Assembly: GCA_965153455.1 (NCBI GenBank)
Contig: OZ234493.1
Location: 558,001 to 622,000, forward strand
From: Sphagnum compactum
Taxonomy: Eukaryota
Direction of reading: 5' to 3'
Length of the DNA stretch: 64,000 nt
Positions 26,740 through 37,900 of the stretch are shown piece by piece. Every line of letters starts with the position of its first letter. Position 1 is the stretch's first letter. The position numbers and the translations under genes were made by a program. The notes beneath the pieces were generated by a model. The model was not told the origin of the DNA and searched no databases. It saw only the letters and a program-made list of their open reading frames with translations.

Positions 26740-29679
26740 TGACGCGCTCCTTGGTCCCGGGGTGAGCCCACTTGAGGGTTCACCAATGTGAAGTTGCGAA
26801 AAATGGGGACCGAAGGGCACGCTCCCGACTTCCAACTCCAGAAAGGGGTAGAGGGTCGAGTTGGAAGCCCCGGGATTAGACTAGGAAGATGGACTAGTAG
26901 ATCAAGCACGAATCTGCATCCAAAACCAACCACAAATGGGTTAGTTCACATTCGGGAACACCCTTGGGTGTTGGGACAAGCCACGGGCACTTCGGACTAC
27001 TTGACTCACCACGGCCCGGACTTGGGGGAAGCCATCACCTTCCCCCTTATAGTTATCTCTGTAGCTCACCACGGAGGCTACATCCAAAAGGCACATTTTG
27101 TTGGGACTCTCGAAATGGAGTCCCGAAACTGTCCCGGCGGGACTCCCGGGACTTTGAACGGTCATAAGTCCCGATTTCGAAGTCCGATTGCAACGAGGTC
27201 TGAACCAAAGTTGTAGCCCTTGTCGAGATCTTTCGAACGCCATGTTGCACTCCCTGAGGCAACGTCGGAAAAGGGTCGATTCCCGACTTTTAGTGGTCGA
27301 GAGTCAAATTGTCAGTTTGACTCCCGGCCCTTCTTTTGCCCATAACTTGGGCTGGAGATGTCCGAATGGCCAATACGAGGCCATTTTCGATATCTAGGTT
27401 TCAAGACCTTTCCAATGACACCAAGAACACCCCAATGCGAGGTGTTTTGGGCCTTGCTGTTGAGCTCTGAACATTCGGGAGTCCCGGAGGACTCCAAACC
27501 TCCAACTTTTCCAAGTGTTGGGCTTCACCCCCACACTTGGACAAAGTGGGGTTGCGACACTCTCCCCCACTAGAAGAAAGAGGTCAATGTCCTCATTGAC
27601 ACTTAAAATTTTCCTTCATACAATTGCAATTGCTTTCTTTTGGATCCTTGGCCATTTGCCGACTCTTGCGGCTCGGACCTTGTCTCAAGCTAACTTAGGC
27701 GTCCCCAAGTTTCCAACACTTTCTTGACAAGTCCAAGAAGGTCTTGTAGGGAACCCTCTTTCTTTGCTTCGTCAAAAGACTAAACTAGTCTAATTGACAA
27801 AGCCCTCATTTGGGAAGAACCTTTTTCCATCCTTCCCTTCATGAGGACTTAAGTCAAGTCTACTCTTGACGTAAGCTACTTGACATGACTCCTTTTCCTA
27901 TCTCGCGCCTTGGTCACAACAACCAAGCCTTAACTAAAAGGTTTGCTTATCAAGGTACGAGAAGCAACACCTAGGTTTGCCAAACCCAAGTCCCAAACTA
28001 CACTTAAAGTATGCGAGCGGGGTCATGATTTCCCGCGTTGGCCACACTACCAACCAACCCTTTGGGATGCACTTAAGGCATGTGCATGTCCCCGCAAGCT
28101 CACCTTGCTTGCCTCCTCTTTTTGGGGCCAAGTTTCCTCAACCCCAAAGTAGGAGTCCGATTTTGATTTGGGCCTACGCGAGAGAGTTCTATTTGTCCAT
28201 GCCACAACCCTATTTGCCTTGACAAATTTTTCATGATACAATCTCTTGGAAGTTTTAAAGCCCTTTTTATTTCACTTGCAACTTGATGTGGTACATTTTA
28301 TGAAACTCTCCCCGTCTAAAAGAAAGAGATGATGTCCTCATCACGCTCTGCGTCTTTTCTTCGCCGATCTAGTGTGGAATTCTTCTATGGCTTCTTGGGC
28401 ATGTTCCATGTCGGATTCATTCACCCAAGAAGCCTCTATTGCATGGTAACCTTTCCACTTAACTAAGTATTCCCGCTCTCGCCCTCTAAGTTGCCTCGAT
28501 TTAAGCACGGCCTTTACCTCAAACTCTGGTTCATTATGAACCAAGTCCGGTGGAGGCCTTGAGTGATGCTCTCTATTAGGCCTTGAGGCGTCCCGGGAGA
28601 CCGGCTTCAAAAGGGAAACATGAAATGTGGGATGAACTCTAAGATTTTCCGGTAATTCTAACTTATAAGTGTCGGAAAGTTTCTTTTTCCAACACTTTGA
28701 ATGGACCCGCATATGGGCCTATAAATTTATGACTTAACCCTTCGGGCAACCGGAAGTTCTTTATGTTCAACCACACCTCGTCTCCTTCTTGAAACTTCAC
28801 CTCTCGTCGGGACTTGTCCGCAAAATCCTTCTATCTTTTGTGCGCCTTTTCCAAGTTTGTCGCAACCCCACTTTGTCCAAGTGTGGGGGTGAAGCCCAAC
28901 ACTTGGAAAAGTTGGAGGTTTGGAGTCCTCCGGGACTCCCGAATGTTCAGAGCTCAACAGCAAGGGGCAAAACACCTTGCATTGGGTGTTCTTGGTGTCA
29001 TTAGAAAGGTCTTGAAACGTAGATATCGAAAATGGCCTCGCATTGGCCATTTGGACATCTGCAGCCCAAGTTATGGGCAAAAGAAGGGCCGGGAGTCAAA
29101 CTGGCAGCTTGACTCCCGACCACTAAAAGTCGGGAATCGACCCTTTCCCGACGTTGCCTCATGGAGTGCGACATGGCGTTGGAAAGATCTCGACGAGGGC
29201 TAGAACTTTGGTTCAGACCTTGTTGCGATCGGACTTCGGAATCGGGAGTTATGACCGTTCAAAGTCCCGGGAGTCCCGCCCGGACAATTTCGGGACTCCA
29301 TTTCGAGAGTCCCAACAAAATGTGCCATTTGGATGTAGCCTCCGTGGTGAGCTGCAGAGATAACTATAAGGGGGAAGGTGGTGGCTTCCCCCAAGTCCGG
29401 GCCGTGGTGAGTCAAGTAGTCCGAAGTGCCCGTGGCTTGTCCCAACACCCAAGGGTGTTCCCGAATGTGAACTAACCCATTTGTGGTTGGTTTTGGATGC
29501 AGATTTGTGCTTGATCTACTAGTCCATCTTCCTAGTCTAATCCCGGGGCTCCCAACTCGACCCTCTACCCCTTTCTAGAGTTGGAAGTCGGGAGCGTGCC
29601 CCTTGGGTCCCCACTTTCCGCAACTTCACATTGGTGAACCCTCAAGTGGGTTCATCCCGGGACCAAGGAGCGCGTCACG

Positions 29680-29691
29680 TGGTATCAGAGC
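29680..29691 (+). other. Primer-binding site (tRNA-iMet) of element A
   Basis: TGGTATCAGAGC 2 nt after the 5' LTR end. Confidence 0.95.
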
Positions 29692-29720
29692 TCAAGGTGA
29701 AGCTCAACGACATTTTTGGG

Positions 29721-32700
29721 ATGGCACCCAAGAAGAACCGGAAGCTAGCCCCAGAGCCTAGGTCCGAGGAGCCCGTCCATGACCTAGTAGCCCCGCCGGA
29801 ATCGATTGGGGAGGAACCAAACTTCCGGGAGGACCAAGATGAGCCCGAGGTTGAACCCGAGAGTGAGGAGGAACAACGGAGCTCGATCCTATTCACCCCG
29901 GAGCAACTTGAAGTCCTCCTCAAGATGAATAGGCCCGACTTTGGTGAGTTGGTGGCGGCCCTCAAAACGGGGGCCTCCAAAGGTGAAAGGTTTCAACCGG
30001 CCAAGCCCGGGAATTTCGATGGTGCCCGAGACCGTAAGGTGGTGGATGTTTGGCTTGCGGAAATGGATGATTATATCCATGCCACCAAGGTTGGACGAAA
30101 TTCCGCCGTGGAGCTTGCCCAATCCTACTTGAAAGGCTATGCCGCCACATGGTGGCGGACGGTGAGACAAGAGGAGGGCAAGAACCATGGCTATATGTGG
30201 GAGTTTTTCAAGGATCGCATTGAGGCGGAGTTCATTCCAAGAAACTCTGATTACATTTCTAGGTGCAAACTCCGCGACCTTGTGAATGCCACGAATGAAA
30301 ATTTGAGGCAATATGTGAGGGCCTATTCCGAACTCATGTTGGAGATCCGGCACATGCACGAGTTGGATCGTGTGTGCCAATTCGTTATGGGACTTCCGAC
30401 TTGGGCCAAGCGAAAGCTTGAGGAGAGTTGGCCCGCCTCCTTATCCGAGGCCATCACGAAAGTGGAGAACTTCTCGGATGTGGGGCGGAGCGATAAATCC
30501 AGGTTCAAGAACGACAACAAGTTCCTTCACAAAAAGCCCAGGCATGAGGGGGAATGGAACCGGGGGCAAGGTAGCCCGACCAAGGATAAGCCAAAACAAT
30601 TCCAAGGCTCGGGGTTCAAGCCAAAAGGTAGCTTCGTGAAAAACGGGGCTCCTTTCAAAGGGAGCCAAACCAAGGGAGACATTGGAGCAAAGCCCAAGGG
30701 TGCATGTTTCAATTGCAACGAGGTGGGGCATTACTCCAAAGATTGTCCCAAATCCAAAACGGGGGTTGGGAGCTCTAAGGTACTTGCTCTCAATGCCACT
30801 TTAGCCCAACCGGAATGCAATCGACTTATATTCTTAAAAGGGAAGATTGCTAAACGAGAAATCTTATGTCTTTTGGACACAGGGGCCTCCCACAACTTCA
30901 TAACTCGGGAGCGCCGAAAGGATGGAGCTCCACTTGGAGGAGCTCAAGGCACCCATTGAGGTGCATTTCGCGGATGGGGTTCCCCATCAAACTACACTAC
31001 AAGCAAAGAGAGTGCCTCTCCAATTGGGAAATTGGAGAGGAAAAGTGGACTTGTTGGTTTCCACCTTGGGTGGAATGGATTGCGTTCTCGGAATGGAGTT
31101 CATCACCCAAAACAATGTGCTCATAGAAGGGCACAATAGGTTGGTTAGAATCCCATCTAAAAGTGGGATTGTGCGAGTTAAGGCACATGAGTTGCCTTGT
31201 GTGGGTGGTTCAACCATCCACTTCATGTTAGGAAAAGCTTGGGAAAGAGAATGCGTGGGGGGTTTCGGCATGATGTGTGTCATGCGGGTGTTGGACGAGT
31301 ATGAGCCCAAGGAAGCCACCAAGTTGGTGACTTCCGCCAAGTGCATAAAGCAAGTCTTACAAGAGTTCCCGGATGTGATGCCCGAAGAGTTGCCCGAAGA
31401 CTTGCCCCCGAGAAGACGAGTTGATCATGCGATTGAAGTGATACCGGGAGTGGAACCGCCCGCCAAGGCCCCATATAGAATGAGCCACGAGGAGTTGAAG
31501 GAACTCAAGGTTCAACTTGAGGAACTCCTCGCGAAAGGTTACATCAAACCAAGCAAGTCACCATATGGGGCACCCGTCCTTTTTGTTCACAAGAAGGATG
31601 GGACTTTGAGGATGTGTGTTGATTATAGAGCACTCAATAAGGCAACGGTGAAAAACCGTTATCCTTTACCTCGCATCGATGATCTATTTGATCGTCTTTC
31701 GGGAGCCAAGGTTTTTAGTAGAATTGATCTACGTTCGGGATATTACCAAATAAGGATCGCGGAAGGGGACGAAGAAAAGACCGCTCGTCGCACAAGGTAT
31801 GGGTCATACGAATTCTTGATGATGCCCTTTGGGCTCACCAATGCACCCGCAACATTTTGCACCCTCATGAATGACATTTTCCGCGAATGGCTTGACGATT
31901 TTGTGGTCGTCTACATAGACGACATTTTGATTTATAGTAGCTCCATGGAGGAGCACGCGGAGCACCTTCGCAAGGTGTTCCAAAGGCTAAGGGAAAACAA
32001 GTTGTATGCCAAGCTTGAGAAGTGCGAATTTGGGGTGACGGAAGTGGATTTCCTTGGGCATAGGATGACTCAAGATGGTTTGATGATGGATGATCACAAG
32101 GTTAAGGCGATTTTGGATTAGGAGCCGCCTAACTCGGTTCCCGCCTTGAGATCCTTTTTAGGATTGGCCTCTTATTATCGCAAGTTCATAAAGAACTTTG
32201 CCAGAATAGCGGCCCCTTTAACAAACCTCTTGAAGAAGTCCGCCGTCACTTATGATTGGGATGAAGAATGTGACGAAGCCTTTGGAATGTTGAAGGGCAT
32301 TTTGGTGAAGGCGCCGGTGTTGAAATTGCCCGACTTTGACAAGGAGTTTGAAATCCATTCCGACGCCTCCGACTTTGCAATTGGGGGTGTCATAGTGCAA
32401 GATGGAAGACCGGTGGCCTTTGAAAGCAAGAAGTTGAGTGAGATGGAGCGAAGGTGGCCAACTCACGAGAAGGAAATGTGGGCGGTCATACGTTGTCTCA
32501 AGACTTGGGGCCATTACATAGGCTCCAAAGATGTGGTGGTGTGGACCGACAATGTGACCTTGAAGTACTTCGCAACTCAACCCAAGTTGTCATCAAAACA
32601 ACAAAGGTGGCAAGACACATTGGCCTTGTTCAATGTGGACATCCGGCACAAGCCGGGAAAGGAGAACATAGTCCCCGATGCTTTGAGCCGGAAACATCAA

Positions 32701-34200
32701 CTTAGAGTGGTGTATGTGGGAGAGTCGGAACTTCAAAAGGAAGTTAGATTAGCAAACCGCCGGGATGCTTTTGCCAAGGAGGGAAGGCAAAGCATCCAAA
32801 ATGGAGCCAAGTCCCACTTCCACTTGAAAAATGGATTGTTGTGGTACAAGCAAAACCGACTCTATGTGCCGGAAAGGAAAATTAGGGACACACTTTTGAA
32901 GGAATGTCACGATGGACCGCTTGCGGGCCATGGTGGTGCAAAGCGCACCACAACATTCCTAAAGAAGTCCTACTATTGGCCCAACTTGAAGGATGATGCG
33001 GAGGAGTACGTGAAGACTTGTTTAACTTGTCAACAAAACCGGACCCTCAACAAAAAGCGAGCAGGTTTGTTGCAACCTTTGCCAATTCCCGAAGGGCCAT
33101 GGGAAAGTGTGTCAATGGACTTTATGGTAAGTTTGCCCCCTTCAAAGGGGTTCGATGCCATCATGGTTGTGGTGGATCCATTTAGCAAAATGGCACACTT
33201 CATTCCCACAAAGGATGAAGCCACGGCTCAAGAGACGGGGAGGTTGTTCTTCTCCCACATTTTCAAGCATCATGGCCTTCCAAAGGACATAGTGTCGGAT
33301 CGGGATCCAAAGTTCACGAGTAAGTTTTGGAGGGCTTTGTGAAAGCGAATGGGGTCGGAACTCAAAATGAGCACTTCATTCCGCCCCCAAACCGATGGAC
33401 AAACCGAGAGGGTGAACTTGGTGATCCAACAATTCCTAAGGAATTATGTGGCGACGGATCAACAAGATTGGGTGGATCATTTGGAGTTAGCCGAGTTTTG
33501 TTACAACAACTCGGTACATTCCGCAACAGGATCCACCCCATTCCAAATGGTGACGGGCAAGTCACCAATTGTGCCCATGACTTGGGTAGCACAAGGACAA
33601 CCTTCGATTGATGCAAGTGAGGAAGTGCCAATGGTCACACAACTTGATGAAGAAAGAAAGCGCTTGTGGGAGTTGGTAAAAGCCAACTTGGAAAAGGCGC
33701 ACAAAAGGTACAAGGATTTTGCGGACAAGTCCCGACGAGAGGTGAAGTTTCAAGAAGGAGACGAGGTGTGGTTGAACATAAAGAACTTCCGGTTGCCCGA
33801 AGGGTTAAGTCATAAGTTTATAGGCCCATATGCGGGTCCATTCAAAGTATTGGAAAAGAAACTTTCCGACACTTATAAGTTAGAACTTCCGGAAAATCTT
33901 AGAGTTCATCCCACATTTCATGTTTCCCTTTTGAAGCCGGTCTCCCGCGACGCCTCAAGGCCTAATAGAGAGCATCACTCAAGGCCTCCACCGGACTTGG
34001 TTCATAATGAACCAGAGTTTGAGGTAGAGGCCGTGCTCAAATCAAGGCAACTTAGAGGGCGAGAGCGGGAATACTTAGTTAACTAGAAAGGCTACCATGC
34101 AATAGAGGCTTCTTGGGTGAATGAATTCGACATGGAACATGTCCAAGAAGCCATAGAAGAATTCCACACGAGACCGGCAAAGAAAAGACGTAGAGCGTGA
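29721..34200 (+). pseudogene. gag-pol of element A with chromodomain, disrupted
   Basis: ATG 29721; [23 protein letters not shown], RNase H DAS, integrase HHCC/DDE; 2-bp deletion near 30911; stops at 32119, 33340, 34084. Confidence 0.93.
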
Positions 34201-34966
34201 TGAGCACATCACCTTTCTTTTAGAGGGGGAGAGTTTCATAAAATGTACCACATCAAGTTGCAAGTGAAATAAAAAGGGCTTTAAAACTTCCGAAAGATTG
34301 TCTCGTGAAAAATTTGTTAAAGCAAATAGGGTTGTGGCATGGACAAATAGAGCTCTCTTACGTAGGCCCAAATCAAAATCGGACTCCTACTTTGGGGTTG
34401 AGGAAACTTGGCCGCAAAAGAGGAGGCAAGCAAGGTGAGCTTGCGGGGACATGCACATGCCTTAAGTGCATCCCAAAGGGTTGGTTGGTAGTGTGGCCAA
34501 CGCGGGAAGTCATGACCTCGCTCGCATGCTTTAAGTGTAGTTTGGGACTTGGGTTTGGCAAACCTAAGTGTTGCTTCTCATACCTTGATAAACAAACCTT
34601 TTAGTTAAGGCTTGGTTGTTGTGACCAAGGCGCGAGATAGGAAAAGAAGGCATGTCAAGTAGCTTAGGTCAAGAGTAGACTTGACTTAAGTCCTCATGAA
34701 GGGAAGGATGGAAAAAGGTTCTTCCCAAATGAGGGCTTCGTCAATTAGACTAGTTTAGTCTTTTGACGAAGCAAAGAAAGAGGGTTCCCTACAAGACCCT
34801 CTTAGACTTGTCAAGAAAGTGTTGGAAACTTGGGGACGCGTAAGTTAGCTTGAGGCAAGGTCCGAGCCGCAAGAATCGGCAAATGGCCAAGGATCCAAAA
34901 GAAAGCAATTGCAATTGTATGAAGGAAAATTCTAAATGTCAATGAGGACATTGACCTCATTCTTCT

Positions 34967-34978
34967 AGTGGGGGAGAG
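34967..34978 (+). other. Polypurine tract of element A
   Basis: AGTGGGGGAGAG abutting the 3' LTR TGTCG. Confidence 0.9.
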
Positions 34979-37900
34979 TGTCGCAACCCCACTTTGTCCA
35001 AGTGTGGGGGTGAAGCCCAACACTTGGAAAAGTTGGAGGTTTGGAGTCCTCCGGGACTCCCGAATGTTCAGAGCTCAACAGCAAGGGGCAAAACACCTAG
35101 CATTAGGGTGTTCTTGGTGTCATTAGAAATTTCTTGAAACGTAGATATCGAAAATGGCCTCGCATTGGCCATTTGGACATCTGCAGCCTAAGTTATGGGC
35201 AAAAGAAGGGCGGGGAGTCAAACTGGCAGTTTGACTCCCGACCACTAAAAGTCGGGAATCGACCCTTTTCCGACGTTGCGTCAGGGAGTGTGACATGGCG
35301 TTGGAAAGATCTCGACGAGGGCTACAACTTTGGTTCAGACCTTGTTGCGATCGGACTTCGGAATCGGGAGTTATGACCGTTCAAAGTCCCGGGAGTCCCG
35401 CCCAGACAATTTCGGGACTCCATTTCGGGAGTCCCAACAAAATGTGCCATTTGGATGTAGCCTCCGTGGTGAGCTGCAGAGATAACTATAAGGGGGAAGG
35501 TGGTGGCTTCCCCCAAATCTGGGCCGTGGTGAGTCAAGTAGTCCGAAGTGCCCGTGGCTTGTCCCAACACCCAAGGGTGTTCCCGAATGTGAACTAACCC
35601 ATTTGTGGTTGCTTTTGGATGCAGATTTGTGCTTGATCTACTAGTCCATCTTCCTAGTCTAATCCCGAGGCTTCCAACTCGACCCTCTACCCCTTTCTAG
35701 AGTTGGAAGTCGGGAGCGTGCCCCTTGGGTCCCCACTTTCCGCAACTTCACATTGGTGAACCCTCAAGTGGGTTCACCCCGGGACCAAGGAACGCGTCAA
35801 AGTTGGCTTTTGCAAACTCCCACAAGCGCTTTCTTTCTTCATCAAGTTGTGTGACCATTGGCACTTCCTCACTTGCATCAATCGAAGGTTGTCCTTGTGC
35901 GGCCCAAGTCATGGGCACAATTAATGACTTGCCCGTCACCATTTGGAATGGGGTGGATCCCGTTGCGGAGTGTACCGAGTTGTTGTAACAAAACTCGGCT
36001 AACTCCAAATGATCCACCCAATCTTGTTGATCCGCCGCCACATAATTCCTTAGGAATTGTTGGATCACCAAGTTCACCCAGTCCTTTGGAAGGCCATGAT
36101 GCTTGAAAATGTGGGAGAAGAACAACCTCCCCCGTCTTCACGTACTTCTCCGCATCATCCTTCAAGTTGGGCCAATAGTAGGACTTCTTTAGGAATGTTG
36201 TGGTGCGCTTTGCACCACCATGGCCCGCAAGCGGTCCATCGTGACATTCCTTCAAAAGTGTGTCCCTAATTTTCCTTTCCGGCACATAGAGTCGGTTTTG
36301 CTTGTACCACAACAATCCATTTTTCAAGTGGAAGTGGGACTTGGCTCCATTTTGGATGCTTTGCCTTCCCTCCTTGGCAAAAGCATCCCGGCGGTTTGCT
36401 AATCTAACTTCTTTTTGAAGTTCCGACTCTCCCACATACACCGCTCTAAGTTGGTGTTTTCGGCTCAAAGCATCGGGGACTATGTTCTCCTTTCCCGGCT
36501 TGTGTCGGATGTCCACATTGAACAAAGCCAATGTGTCTTGCCACCTTTGTTGTTTTGATGACAACTTGGGTTGAGTTGCGAAGTACTTCAAGGTCACATT
36601 GTCGGTCCACACCACCACATCTTTGGAGCCTATGTAATGGCCCGAAGTCTTGAGACAACGTATGACCGCCCACATTTCGTTCTCGTGAGTTGGCCACCTT
36701 CGCTCCGTCTCACTCAACTTCTTGCTTTCAAAGGCCACCGGTCTTCCATCTTGCACTATGACACCCCAATTGCAAAGTCGGAGGCGTCGGAATGGATTTC
36801 AAACTCCTTGTCAAAGTCGGGCAATTTCAACACCGGCGCCTTCACCAAAATGCCCTTTAACATTCCAAAGGCTTCGTCCCATTCTTCATCCCAATCATAA
36901 GTGACGGCGGACTTCTTCAAGAGGTTTGTTAAAGGGGCCGCTATTCTGGCAAAGTTCTTTATGAACTTGCGATAATACGAAGCCAATCCTAAAAAGGATC
37001 TCAAGGCGGGAACCGAGTTAGGCGGCTCCTAATCCAAAATCGCCTTAACCTTGTGATCATCCATCATCAAACCATCTTGAGTCATCCTATGCCCAAGGAA
37101 ATCCACTTCCGTCACCCCAAATTCGCACTTCTCAAGCTTGGCATACAACTTATTTTCCCTTAGCCTTTGGAACACCTTGCGAAGGTGCTCCGCGTGCTCC
37201 TCCATGGAGCTACTATAAATCAAAATGTCGTCTATGTAGACGACCACAAAATCGTCAAGCCATTCGCGGAAAATGTCATTCATGAGGGTGCAAAATGTTG
37301 CGGGTGCATTGGTGAGCCCAAAGGGCATCATCAAGAATTCGTATGACCCATACCTTGTGCGACGAGCGGTCTTTTCTTCGTCCCCTTCCGCGATCCTTAT
37401 TTGGTAATATCCCGAACGTAGATCAATTCTACTAAAAACCTTGGCTCCCGAAAGACGATCAAATAGATCATCGATGCGAGGTAAAGGATAACGGTTTTTC
37501 ACCGTTGCCTTATTGAGTGCTCTATAATCAACACACATCCTCAAAGTCCCATCCTTCTTGTGAACAAAAAGGACGGGTGCCCCATATGGTGACTTGCTTG
37601 GTTTGATGTAACCTTTCGCGAGGAGTTCCTCAAGTTGAACCTTGAGTTCCTTCAACTCCTCGTGGCTCATTCTATATGGGGCCTTGGCGGGCGGTTCCAC
37701 TCCCGGTATCACTTCAATCGCATGATCAACTCGTCTTCTCGGGGGCAAGTCTTCGGGCAACTCTTCGGGCATCACATCCGGGAACTCTTGTAAGACTTGC
37801 TTTATGCACTTGGCGGAAGTCACCAACTTGGTGGCTTCCTTGGGCTCATACTCGTCCAACACCCGCATGACACACATCATGCCGAAACCCCCCACGCATT

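Larger units (their letters stand above)
28858..35799 (+). mobile_element. Full-length Galadriel-like chromovirus element A nested in the integrase of B; TSD AAGTT
   Basis: 5' LTR 28858-29677, 3' LTR 34979-35799 (TG...CA); AAGTT at 28853-28857 and 35800-35804; RT signature [15 protein letters not shown]...[24 protein letters not shown] typical of Galadriel. Confidence 0.96.

Noticed and set aside
30900..30960. Programmed gag/pol frameshift in element A
   Set aside because: B and C read through this point in frame; A simply has a 2-bp deletion (CGGGAGCGCC vs CGGGAGGGCGCC / CGGGAGAGCGCT)
32119..32121. Stop-codon readthrough signal shared by A and B
   Set aside because: It replaces a conserved Trp inside RT (TGG in C) and is not at a gag-pol boundary; a nonsense mutation is the simpler reading
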